Assembly (NCBI GenBank): GCA_040285825.1
Contig: JAUPSS010000004.1
Location: 4,369,784-4,433,783, forward strand
From: Eukaryota sp. TZLM1-RC
Lineage: Eukaryota; Protista; Metamonada: BaSk clade
Direction: 5' to 3'
Length of the DNA stretch: 64,000 nt
The notes under the pieces were generated by a model. The model was not told where the DNA came from. It worked only from the letters and a program-made list of their open reading frames with translations, and searched no databases. A program made the position numbers and the translations under genes. How positions within the stretch are numbered: the stretch's first letter is position 1; each line of letters opens with the position of its first letter. This document shows, piece after piece, positions 47,001-59,677 of the stretch.

Positions 47001-50000
47001 GGTTGTCTTCACCAGGTTCATGGACTATGTCAAAGTCGAATTCAGATAGTATCGGCAGCCATCTCTTTACAATTCTATTTTTCTCTGGGGCTGTAGCCAG
47101 GAATGCAATGTTTTTATAATCTGTGAAAATTGTTGAATGTCTAGTTAACAAGTAGCTTTCTAAACAACTTTCAGTTAAAATCAAAAGTATTGCATATAAT
47201 TCTTTTTGTAAAGTGGACCATTTTCTTTGTGTTTCTGTAAGTAATCTACTATAGAATGACAAAGGTTTTACTTTCCTTTTATTTAGCGGGGTTCCTGCGG
47301 GGGAGTAGGGTTCAATTTCTTGCCAAATAACACCTCCTACTGCTACATTTCAAGCGTCAGTACTTATCAATACTCGCTTGCCCGGAGCTGGTAATTCAAG
47401 GGGCATGTGGTTTACTACCAAATCTTTGATTTGTTTAAGATAATCGTCATGCTCATTGGTCCATTTGATAATTCTAGGTTTTCCTTTTATTAACTCGTTA
47501 ATTAGAGCTATCATTTCAGAAATTCCAGGAAGCCAGCTTCGTATGTAATTGATTGATCCAACCAAGGAGCGAACATCTTTCACTGTCTTTGGTCTGGGTA
47601 TTTTCATAAGGGATTCAATCTTTTTTTTGCTAATAAACCTAGTTTTGTTCTGGAAGGTACTTCCTAATATGTCAATGGGGTATTTGGTTGTGACGAATTT
47701 GCATTTTCGTAAACCAATGTTTACCCGTCTATTTCTGGCGCATTCGAGGACTCTTTGTAGTCTTTCGTAGAATTCATCAAATGAAGTACCGACTATTATG
47801 ATATCGTCTATGTATATAAAAACGCCGTCTATTTGGAAAATTTCCATCATTACAGTTTGAAATACTGCTGGGATATTCTTTAAACCGAAGCAAGCTCTTT
47901 TAAACATAATGTACCTTCCAGGCATTGAAATTGTTGTTTTTTCAATATCTTTTTCTGCTACATTCATTTGCCAGAAAGCTTTTGGTAAATCAAGTGTGGC
48001 AATTTAGTTAACTCTGCTTAAAAATTTTAATATATCACTAATCCACGGTAAATTAGGTTCAACAGAAATTGTGAGGGCATTAACACCATCTTTACCACTA
48101 AAGTCAGCAGTTAATCTAGGTTTTCTATCATCTGGGTAGAAAACTAGGACGGTAGGAGAGCTGAATCTATAATTGGATTCAACTGCATAACCCATTTCTA
48201 TTAATTCGTCGAATATTTTGTTGGCTATTTCTAATTTGCTTGGGTTTAACCATCTAGCAGGTTTTTATACAATAGCGATTTCATCGCGAAATGGGATTGT
48301 AAGAGGACTACAATCAATACCATTTTTGTTTGGAGTTTCACTAAAAACATCGCTGAAAATTTTTAGTAGACTCGTTAATTTCAATTTATTATTGTTATCA
48401 TTTAATTTTATCTCACATCCAGATCTTGTTAATTGCTCCTCAAAATAAGGACTTGTTGCTTGGTTATCTAAGTTCCCGATCGAATGTTGAGCGATTCTAG
48501 AGTCGAATTCTGATTCTGCATTTAACAAGATGTGGTGTTCTTTGTCAAATCTAATGAGAAGACCATCATCAGTCTGAAGCCCAAGTGCTTTTAACATGTC
48601 TGTCCCTATTAATAATTTGTTCGAACCCGGGATTATGGGAAGGGTATGTTTATAATGACTTGTTGCGCAATGCTTCCTACGTTGAACGACAGAATACCAG
48701 TTACACTCCCTAACGATTATGTAGATACATTATCAGCTGGTAAGATCTGAATAGTATCTTTGCTATTGATTGACGAATGACATTGTTCAGCTATATCTGC
48801 AGTAATAACTGAACAAAACGCAGCCGAATCAATAGTTGCAATCATTTCAATATCATTTATTGATATCTCCAGTCTTAGAAATGGAGAACGCTGGTATCTG
48901 ATGTGGTTTCCACTAAACGTAGAATTAATATCAAAAATACTGTTGATATCAGAGCAGGTTTGGTGAATTTGTAGAGGAATTAAGAGATTTTGTTGAGCTG
49001 TTGGAAAGTTGTTGACCGGGTTTGCTAAATCGGTTGTTGATTGTTTGTGATTGATTGCATTGATGTGTACCCGATCAGGAAAGTTGCTTGTCCTGCTATT
49101 CCGGTTGCTGTTATTGCTCCGTCTGTGAGAAACCGTACTCGAACAGGTCTGACTCAGTAGGGGATGTGTTTGATGATATGTCCTCTGTTATGTTGGTGTT
49201 ATATACAAAACTATATTGGCCTCTTCCTTTATGTCCGCTAAAACGGCCTCCACGGCCTCTAAATCTATTTACACGTCTACCTCGGCTACCTCGGCCCCTA
49301 TCTACACTGCCTCTACTAGCAGGCGTCTCCTGTTCTCCCAAACTGAATCTTTCTTCTTTGGGTGCTCTGCTTCTAGCACAGCGAGGGTCTTTACATTCGA
49401 ATACAGTGTGGCCGACAGGGTTGTTACCTTTCACGTTACTGCAGAATGTACAAAATTTCAAACCTTCTCGTTCGTGCTTTTCAGGGATGGCATTTGTGTT
49501 GAGGGGTTCCTCTCGAGTTTCCACCTATTTGTTTTGCTCCTTTTGCTGAAGCCTGGGCTGATGGGGTTATTCCTTTTGAATAACTTCTCATCGCCGTGAG
49601 TCCAAAGAAATATCTTCTTCGTTAACCCTGTTCCTTAGTATGTCCATTGTGGGCTTGTTTCCTGCTGTGAAGCACCAAGTGAGGAAATGCCTTCTAGTTG
49701 TCGATATTAAATCGAGTAAGGTTGTTGTATCAGGCGAATCCCACAAAGATTCTCTAGTTTATACTGAAAGGAGTTCACTACTGTCTTCCTGCTCTATGAA
49801 TTCCTCAATATATGTGGGAGCACCCTCTGTTAGTTCCGTGTAACTATGAATTTCCGTATCGAAGTTGGGATTAAACCAGGCAGGCAATTTGGATTGTAGA
49901 ATGTCTTCCGAGTCGGTCCTACTTCTCTGCTCGATAAAGAGAAACCTTATTATTCTGCCATATTGGTCTAGGAAAGAGGCCTTCCAATCCAATCTATCCT

Positions 50001-50862
50001 TGATGGGAAGTGGCATTATCTCTTTAATTCTTTTGCCCATGCCAGAGATTCTGGGACGTCGCTCTGCGTTACACCCGAACATCTCTCTGCTCAATTTGTC
50101 AAGAGCTCTAATGAGCTCATTCCTTCCGTTAAGGGGATTTTCTAATACCCTTTGAGTATCCCCGACCATACCGAGGGTCTGGAAACCTACGTATTTGCCT
50201 CTTTTAGAAATGGAGCTCCACAGAGGAGGAAGCTGCTGGAACAGACAGAAATCTGTAGGTTCGAGATAAGCTTCCGCATCCTTTTTTAAAGGCTTATAGA
50301 ACCTAAGTTGGGATTTCTATCCGTTGTTCTTTGAGACAGATTCTATATTTGGGAGGGGAGAGGGAGCCGAGGGTGTTCTCGTTGCCTCCGTGGATAATCC
50401 TTTTTTCTTGAGGGGAGGGGGAACCAGGTCCGTTCTCGTTACATCATCTGTTTCTTCCTTTCTTTTGAGGGAAAAGATAACTAGGTCCGTTCTCGTTGTC
50501 TTTTTCTCATCTGAAGAAGGAGGGACCTCGTCCTCTCTTTCAACTTCTTTTTTCTTGAAGGGATAGGTGGGATCCGGGTCCGTTTCCTCGCCATCCTTCT
50601 TTTTTGTAGATGTATGTTTGCTGTGGGTGTATATCCTGTCGCTGCATATTTGCTAGTGAATGAGTTTGGTCAGAGTTTTCCTGGAAGATGTCTGACATAA
50701 TGAAGATATCTGATTTGCTGGTTTTGTGTTGAGTGCTGAGTTTATTTGTGGTATACCTTTGACTTTAAAATGGCCAATAATTATTGTTGCCTAAAGTCTA
50801 TTGTAGTAAGAAAAGTCTGATTTATTTTCTATTCATATGATATAAGCCTTAGGGCACCAACA
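44051..50862 (-). mobile_element. Ty3/Gypsy chromovirus G2, decayed, inserted in Fanzor C
   Basis: LTRs 50785-50862 (78 bp) and 44051-44129 (79 bp); TSD TCAT/TTAT (one mismatch); PPT AAAAGGGAAGAAGCAG; gag knuckle and RGG; YIDD; TDA; HSDNGPEF; chromodomain-like CTVQWFGG. Confidence 0.93.
44624..45714 (+). mobile_element. Gag-only LTR element (TR-GAG-like), decayed copy, inserted antisense in G2 integrase
   Basis: LTRs 44624-44766 and 45576-45714; TSD ATAA; PPT GGGAAAAGGTAG; frameshifted gag with CFKCHQPGHISGDC. Confidence 0.92.
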
Positions 50863-53291
50863 TTATTCATTTTCAAGAAGGTATTCCATAACATCAAATC
50901 AGCAGCTTGATTATTGCATCGATAGGATGACTTTTGACCAACAACGTCCTTGAATTCGACAAAAAACATGTTCAATAAATTTGTCTTGTTAATTCTGCTA
51001 TACGAGGGATTACAAGAATTCTTCAAAGGCAGAGCATGAAAGAGTTTGCTCTCCTCATCTTCTAAATAATTATTAACATAAAACATTACCCTCAAATAGT
51101 AATTTGATTTTGATGAAAAAGCAAATTCAGAATGCTTTTCCCTTTTGGAATTACTGGGAAGTAAAAGGGGGATCCAGTCATTAATGACAACCGAAGTAAT
51201 TGATGAGACTTTGTTTCTCATTGAAGAAGTTTCACCATCATTATCTCTGCATCCTTCCAGAAGGAGAGATTTAACTTTGCTGATGAATGAAGAGAAGTTT
51301 TTCTTATCTTGGATTTTCAGAACGTCATTGTTTCTCCTAACATCATAAACAACATCGACGAACCAATCCAAGTAATCAAAGTAATGCTCCTGGATGTTAT
51401 TTTTGAAATTCACAATCAGTTTGTCAATTGTTTAATACAAAATATTACTTATTCCTTTTTTTGATAAAACTTTTGGAACAAGTTTTTCTCTAAAGTGTTG
51501 GTGATAGTATTCCAACAACGGGGCACAACGAGGATTTTGCAAAGCTGTTTTTATCTTTGCGTTTAGGGAACTTTCCTCACCACTTTGGGACGTGACCACA
51601 GTAAAAGCGTCACAAAATAATTGGGTTTCAATTTTTGGTAAAATAGCATTTGAGTTTAAGTCAAAAAGATGCAAATAATATCCAGAAATGAATTTTAAAC
51701 CAACAATAGACATTTCTTGACACCTAATTGCTGCCTCATCGATCACGTCAATCATTTTCGAATCTCTGATGACATTTTTTAGACTGTCTTCTTAACCATC
51801 ATAATGTTTATGTGTAGGTATCTCACTAGTGAGTACCTTTATATAGAATGACATTTAATAAAATTAACTTTATCTTAACTCTCTTTACATCCAGATAGCA
51901 TAATGCCCAACGGCAACAATAATTATTGTGCGTATCAGGCACCATTAACAGCAAACAGCAACAGCGCTGTAGACACCCACAAGTTGTCTGGGGTATGTCA
52001 GACATCTGTCAGAGGAGACCCTTCTAACCCTCCTCTCAACAACTCATCTTCTTCGAGTTCAATGGCAACTCCAGAAAAGGATTCGAGTTCGGGCGAAAAA
52101 GGCCTCACTCCTCCTCAGGTTACGGGTACGGGTGTAATCCACCCCACTCCCCCCCCAACAAATAGATTCGAGGCTAGACACCTCCACTGCTTCAGGTTCG
52201 AGTTTAAGCCCCACAAAGAATCAAATTTCGGCGCAAAACGTCCAATTAAATCAGCGAGGTAAAGTTACGGCGCAAGGCGCCCAATATGTCCACTCGTCGG
52301 CGAGTACCGCCCTCGCGACGACACCAAAGGTCAATTTCGACCTACCTCCAGCTCCCTCCCAAGAGATACAAGAGTTACTCTTGGCACTCACTATGAGTAA
52401 GGAAGAAATGGAAAAGAAGGAACCAACGGACTTCATAGAGTCCCTTAACGAATCAATGTACCCGCAGTGTGAAAACACTGTCGTCGTACAAACCCTCAAT
52501 GAGACGACTTCGGGAGCTCAGGAAATCCCCATACAACCCTCAGTGTTGAAAGAGGCAATTGAGCTTTTAGACAAAGAAAGCCATGAGTTGAGCACACGGC
52601 CCGCAGAGCGAAGAATGAGACTCTCGCCTCTCGACACAGAATACAAAAATATAATGGCAAAACCTCGCACAGAACGTGACGATTTTTTGGGGAATAACGC
52701 CACCCTCGATAACAAAGGATTCAGAATTCGGTAGTTAGAGGTAATGAAAGTTGGTAGTTGACTTCTCTGGGAAACTAGATAGTCCCGAGAACGTCCGCCT
52801 CCTACCTGACTGGTTTAGAGTTGGTATAGACAAAATTTACGAAGAGCTTAGCGCCCCCGCAGAGGACTATACGGTAGTTAGAGAGGTTCATGAATACTAC
52901 CCAGTCTAACATAGACCAAATTACGTTGAAATGAGACCAGCCTCACAACCTTTCAGGCTCATATATGAAGAATTAGGGGTCACTTATAGACGAGATGATA
53001 TAAACATGACGACAGCAGTCATTTCCACATACAGGTCTCCTCCTAATAACAGAAACCTCCAAACAGGCGATTCATGGGTACAGAACAAGGTTTTTCACCT
53101 TCACCCCCATCATTGGTTTAGAGGATACACCCTTCAAGAGCATCAGGCCTTTCCGGCCCTCAATTCAACTAAATTTCCAAGATGAATCGAAATCAGTTTA
53201 GGAGCTGCATGTAGACACCTTACCCCAACCAAACACAGGACCAATAGGGTTAGACGTCCTCACAATCCAACCTGGTGATTCATCACAACCG

Positions 53292-56155
53292 ATGGAAGGA
53301 GTTCCACAATCCTCGGTTGACACCACACACACAACGGGACAAGGTCTTAGTTTACAAGATCTACAGGCAACTGAATCTCAACAACAACACAGTCAAAACC
53401 CACTCGATCCACGCCTCATATTAAATCAAAACTTACAGTCCCATGTTGGTTATCATTACAGAACTAAGGCCATAGAACATGCAACCATACACGAACCCCC
53501 TAGACTCGAATTCCCTGAAACTCAGATGAAAATAGTACATTTCCTCATTCAATTTGCCCTCTGGGACACAACTGGTAGAGACGGAGCTCAAAACGTCGAT
53601 CAAATACAGATCCCACAATCCAGCACCCCTCAGCAGCAAGAACAAAAAACGAAGATGATAAACAGTTTAGCTCAGTTGATCTCAGTACAGAGTGGAGACT
53701 CAACTCACATTCAGCAACAAATAGACGATTTACAGTCCAAATTGAATAATATGGAAACACCAAAATTATACAGAATAGATCAAAGCTTCATAAAAAAGAT
53801 AGGGGTACCTGTTCACTCTTATGATCTTTTTAGATCAGTCTTATCAACAGTGAATCCCCAGGGAATCTCAGGTTGCATCCATGCCAGAATTATATCTTGC
53901 TGGAAACAACAACAACTCGTGAGCATGGAACCTACAGATGCCGAAATATTATTACTACTGTGTATGAGAAGCCAGTTCACATCATTACATGATGCAAAAT
54001 TAGCTCTTTTTAAACCTAAATTCAACTGGCAAAAGGTAAGTACATCCGCCGACGCAGAAAGAGAATACGCGATTTATATGGAAAATTTTGGAGACATCTT
54101 AAGGATGTGCACATACATATCCGACCCATTGGCCAGAATTGAAGAACTCGAATTTTCAAGAGGGGTATTTACACTCCCAATGTCGACCGTAGCTAACGCC
54201 TTCTTAACAGGTCTGGACAACTTGGCATCAACAAGCAATTTATTCGAGATTTACCGTAAACAATCTTTTTGGAACGACAAACTAGTCTCGTTCAACGATT
54301 TAACCAAAGTGGCCAGAGAGAAACTTTTGTCTTGGATGCACACCGCACCGAACAAGGAAACCATCCAACTACTGAGAAAAGAGGCGAACAAACCTAAATT
54401 AGAATCAGGAGAATTTCATTCGTCAGAAAGGAAAAGGAGAACCGACCCTGAAGACCAACAATTCCTTCAATTGAAAAAAGGTAAACACACCAGAGGGGGA
54501 CAGAAATTTTGTACCTTTTGTCAAATCCCTGGTCATGTTATAACAGAATGTAGGGACCCAACCTGTAGTCGCTCATTGGTCCCTATGAATCAAAGAAAAG
54601 GCGCCGGCTATGGTAGAGGCCGTGGAAACTTTAGTAGAGGCAGTAGAGGCAATTTTAGAGGCCGAAGTAGAGGCCGTGGTAATTTGTATAGAGGAACTAG
54701 GGGCCGAGGTGGCCGTGGTAATAGAGGTAATACATATCGTGGATATAACGTCCTTAATAACAAGTTTAATAACAAAAACAAATCATCGCATGTTACAGCT
54801 CCCGAATTGAATCAGATTTGTTCTTCTACTCAATCGGACAATTCAGCTCAAACAGCCCTCTTAAATCCACTCTCTTTCTTGAACAATGGAAATAGCAACA
54901 TAAATAATCAGATAAATGTAATAAATAATACAGAAAGAGATTCATGCAACCGAACAGGTAACACTGCTCCTTGTATAAACCACAACAGATCCCAGCAGCC
55001 TCAGTTTTTAGAACTTCAGGTAAGAATTAACAGTACAGTCATAAAAGGCATGATAGATACAGCTGCATATTGTTCTGTCATTTCTCTAGACCTAGCAAAT
55101 CTGTGTTCAATGTCTATCAATGAAAACGACATCACACAATTCATCCCTGCTAGTAACGTATCGACCAATTCGCTTGGAAGTGCACAAGGCATTCTGACGT
55201 TCAATGTTGGTAGCATCGCGAACCAAGTTTCAATAAATCATACTCTCCCCATAATCCCGGATTCAAACAAATTTTTAATTGGGGTAGACATGTTACAACA
55301 ACTTGGGTTATTGACATCTGACCGTTTAGTAATTGTACTAGACGAAGAGCGCCGCACTTTACTAAATGCTGAAACCGAATTTGATAACAGAATTAAAACT
55401 CACCAAATCGGTCATGTAGAATCTATTCCCAGCAGTGAAGAAGATTTTACCCAGCAATTAGATAGATCTGGATGTGAGATTAAATTAGATGATAGTGAGT
55501 ATAATAAGAGTTTGTCTGATATATTAGCTCAATACAAGGACGTATTCAGCGAAACGCCCAATAAAGAAGGCATCGATTGTCCACCCATGTCAATCCCCTT
55601 TTATAACCCTAACGCTATTGTACATAAACCAGCAAGGGGTCTCAACCCAAAGAAATTACAAATAGCTAACCAAATTTTTGACGAATTAATCGAAATGGGC
55701 TATGCAATTGAATCGAACTATAAATTCAGTTCCCCTATTGTATTAGTAATATACCCTGATGATCGAAAACCGAAGTTGACAGGCGATTTCAGCGGTAAAG
55801 ATAATGTTAACGCTCTTACTATTCCAGTTGAGTCTAACTTACCATTAATTTCGGATGTTTTGGAATTTCTAATTCAAGCCAACTACATCGCCACTTTGGA
55901 CCTTCCAAAAGCTTTTTGGCAGATGAAAGTCGCTGACGAGGATATTGAAAAGACATCCATCTCTATCCCTGGCAGATCCATTATGTTTAAAAGGGCATGT
56001 TTCGGATTAAAGAATATCCCAGCAATTTTTCAAAATGTTATGATGGAAATTTCTCAGATAGACGGAGTGTTCATATACATTGATGACATAATCATAATTG
56101 GATCAACCCTTCAACAATTTTTAGAAAGAATTCAAAGGGTACTGCAATGCGCAAG
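53292..56155 (+). CDS. gag-pol: G3 Gag-PR-RT (5' gag 51903-53290 is broken; RT is cut by the insertion at 56156)
   Basis: CTFCQIPGHVITEC, RGG tract, MIDTAAYCS, LDLPKAFWQ, FGLKN, YIDD. Confidence 0.92.
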
Positions 56156-57258
56156 TGTTGTTGTTGAACTCAAATTGAATTAGTAGGTTTCTTTGTATTT
56201 CGACTGATGACGTGATACTCATTTATGAATCAGTTTTATTAATAAACAACATATTTCTCTCTCTCCTTCGTGTGTTCATCTGCCTAACGGCATCAATAAT
56301 TATTGGCCCTTCTTATTTCAGATGACTGTTCCTTCTGTCAACCTCCCGTCTCTTTCTTCCATGAAAGTTGAAAGTGTTCTCTTGTTCCTACAAGAGTGGA
56401 AGATCTATTCTTCTGTGACTTCTAAGAAAGAGCTTGTTCCAGCAAGACTCTTGGTCGATTCTTTTCTGTTAGAGTCCCTATCTCTCCAGAAATCCGACGT
56501 CTCTTCCAGTGACGATGTTCTTCTTAGACATCTTCAATCTGTCGTATCGTTCGCCACGTACGAAGATTTTAGTCTGGCTATGTCAGAACTGAAGCTTGAT
56601 GTCCGTATTGGTGACGTCCGAGAACGTATGTCCTGTTACCTGCGACGTTTCCTCCAGGTAAAGAGTAGGGCTTCCGGACTGAAGTTACCAGACACAGCTT
56701 TTCTGAATCGATTTGCCAGAGGAATTCTTCCCGTAGGTCTTCAACGTTCTCTACTAGCGAGAATTCGAGATGATGTATTCCCAGATCTTCACTCTCTTGT
56801 CGAAACCACTACTGATGAGCTGTTGGACTGCTCTAGGGTTGCTTCATGGACTCGTGGTTTGAAAACCTCAGTGAATGATGTGGAACGTACGGCTGGCACT
56901 AAAACGAGGTCCTCTTGGCGCTCTCAGGATTTAAAAAATCAATCGTGCTTCAAGTGCCACAAGCCTGGACACATCTCCCGTGATTGTCCATCTAAAATCA
57001 ATCATGAGGTAAATTATTTGTGTCACACAAACGATGCACCAAAGAGTTTAACAAACCCCATATCTTCCCTCTATTGAGCCAGTACTGTATTTGTCCTCAG
57101 AAAAGTGGGAAAAAGTAGTGTTGTTGTTGAACTCAAATTGAATTAGTAGGTTTCTTTGTATTTCGACTGATGACGTGATACTCATTTATGAATCAGTTTT
57201 ATTAATAAACAACAGATTTCTCTCTCTCCTTCGTTTGTTCATCTGCCTAACGGCATCA
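56156..57258 (+). mobile_element. Gag-only LTR element (TR-GAG-like), intact, inserted in G3 RT
   Basis: 140-bp LTRs (56156-56295 and 57119-57258, two mismatches); TSD CAAG; excision restores CARDRRVNIGLKKC. Confidence 0.95.
56322..57077 (+). CDS. gag: Stand-alone Gag, 251 aa
   Basis: Only ORF between the LTRs; YLRRF...FARGI capsid-like pattern; CFKCHKPGHISRDC knuckle. Confidence 0.85.
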   Translation: MTVPSVNLPSLSSMKVESVLLFLQEWKIYSSVTSKKELVPARLLVDSFLLESLSLQKSDVSSSDDVLLRHLQSVVSFATYEDFSLAMSELKLDVRIGDVRERMSCYLRRFLQVKSRASGLKLPDTAFLNRFARGILPVGLQRSLLARIRDDVFPDLHSLVETTTDELLDCSRVASWTRGLKTSVNDVERTAGTKTRSSWRSQDLKNQSCFKCHKPGHISRDCPSKINHEVNYLCHTNDAPKSLTNPISSLY

Positions 57259-57262
57259 CAAG

Positions 57263-59677
57263 GGATAGAAGAGTCAACATTGGATTGAAAAAATGTAAAT
57301 TCGTTACTGACAAACAACCAATTGACATTTTAGGCAGCACTTTCCAATATAAACAACGTAAAATTAGTCAAAAACGAGTCGATGCTTTAATTAACATCCC
57401 TGCTCCAAAAACAATAAAAGAAGTTCGGTCATTAGTCGGCTCAGTCAATTTCATCAGAGACTGGCTCCCAAACATTTCACAACTAATTGCACCCATAAAC
57501 GAATTAATCAAACACAAACAACGCCGTGTCAACTGGGAAACCAAACACGACCAACTATTAGAACAAATAAAAGAATTAATCATTAATCATATGCCTCTGG
57601 AATTACCATCACCAGACAAACGCATTTTAATAAGCACCGATGCATCAGACATCGCAGTAGGAGGAGTTATCAGGCAAGAGGTCGAACCATATGCACCCAT
57701 AGGAACTGCATTAAAAGATAGAAAAGTAAAACCAATCTCTTTTTACAGTAGAATATTAACTGATACTCAAAAACGTTGGTCAACATTACAAAAGGAACTA
57801 AACGCAATATTATTAATACTAACAGAAAGCCATTTAGAAAGCTTCCTCATCACTCGACACTTAACCATATTCACCGACCATAGAAATATTGCGTTCCTCG
57901 CCACAGCTCCAGAAAAGAACAGAATAATCAAAAGATGGTTACCTATTTTATCAGAATTTGATTTTGATATAGTACATGAGAAAGGAGAAGACAATCACTG
58001 GGCAGACATGATGTCACGAAACATTGATGACAATTCAGTAATACCAGAATTAAATCACATCAGTCACCCACACGATCCTTACTGGCACGGTGAAATTCCA
58101 CCCCCAGATGACGATTCCGACTATGAAAGTCCAGAACCAATCCACATTCTCGAATTATCAAGACACCCAGATTTACCAATCTTTTCAAATTGGTTATCCA
58201 AAGTAAGAGCAGAACAACAACTGGCCATTAGCAATAACGATCCATTATTCAAAAACGCCACACTCTGCAGAAACACAGAAATCTGGCTTAATAATAATAA
58301 AATGATAATACCGACCAAACTAAGAAAAACAGCACTCAATCTAATACACGGATTAACACAATCAGGCCACCCAAGCAAAAACGAAAGTCTTCACAAGCTT
58401 TCCAAAAGTGATTTTTACTGGCCAAACATGAGAAAAGACCTCATCAAACACATCGAAAAATGTCCTACTTGTCAGAAAACAGCCCCCATAAAACAATCAA
58501 AGACTCCCTCAACGGGCTCACTGTGGGCAAATCGTCCATTTGCTAAACTAAATGTAGACACAATTGGACCTCTGAATAAAGATAATAATGATAATAAATA
58601 CTTATTAGTTTTCGTCGACAGTTTCACTAGATATACAATACTAGTGCCACTGAAAGAACTCAATGCTTTAGAAGTGGCAGATGCATTAATTTGGAATATC
58701 TGTGCAATATTCGGCATACCTGTGGCTATACATAGTGATAATGGCCCAGAGTTCGCCAATGAAACATTCAAATTGCTATGCCAGAGAATGTCAATTGAAG
58801 TCACAAATTCAATTCCATATCACTCTGAAAGTAATGGATTGGTAGAAAGGAAACATAGGGATGTAATTCAATGTATAAGAAAATTATTAATAGATTACAA
58901 CGACTATGACGCTTGGTCCACATATGTCCCAATCACACAGTTATTGACTCAACCAAAAGCAGAATCACAAACCACACCCCCTATGAATTGATTTCCGGGT
59001 CATCTATCAGCCCTACATCAGACCCTGCTAACATCCTTGGCGGCATATTCGATTTTGAATCCAATGTCCCACTTTTACAAGACCTCAAACTTAAAACTGA
59101 TCGTCTCCAAAAGAAATGGGAGGAAGCAGAGAACCACCAATTATTAAACAAACCCAGTCAGAATAATATTAATAATAATACAGAAACCACATTTAATATT
59201 GGTGACTATATTCTTCGTAAAGCTAAGCAAAACAGCAAATTGCATGGATCTTGGTTAGGCCCATTTTTAATTATAGAAATCCCATCCAATTCCACATTGA
59301 CAGTTAAGAACCTGACGACTGGTGATGAGACAAAGGTATCAAAGAGGGACTGCAAAATATACAACGCTGACGATCCTGACGATGTTGATTTACTCAGGGC
59401 AATCGCAGCCACCGATTTAGGAAAACATGTCATCGAAGAAATCCTTGAGGAATATAAAACATCTCAGGGACCCTTCTGTACTGTGAAATGGTTTGGTGGA
59501 GAAACTACCGAGGAACCACTCCATTCGATCAGATATTCAGAAGCGTATAAGCGATTTATTAGTAAGCCAAATAAAAGAAAACGCAAAGCTAATATATCCA
59601 ATAGCTCGTCTCAGGCTCTCCCCGTGCCTCGACGAAAGCGTTATCCGCAAAGGAAGCGGAACAACAATAGTAAGTAA
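57263..59677 (+). CDS. pol: G3 RT end, RNase H, integrase and chromodomain (frameshift near 58950)
   Basis: STDASD, FTDHRN, HHCC, VDTIGP, HSDNGPEF, GLVERK, WLGPF, VIEEIL..CTVKWFG...EP. Confidence 0.92.

Larger units (their letters stand above)
42043..51802 (-). pseudogene. Fanzor1 nuclease C in three pieces (50863-51802, ~43565-44050, 42043-42255)
   Basis: Removing G2 gives in-frame LWNTFLKMN-KIKNTKLYSENSEYIMSGIETDGITVS; FHALPLK; AADPGKSDL; YIQNQRR; C-terminal RHGLLTCKKCGCLWNRSANA. The RuvC-II region is missing. Confidence 0.88.
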
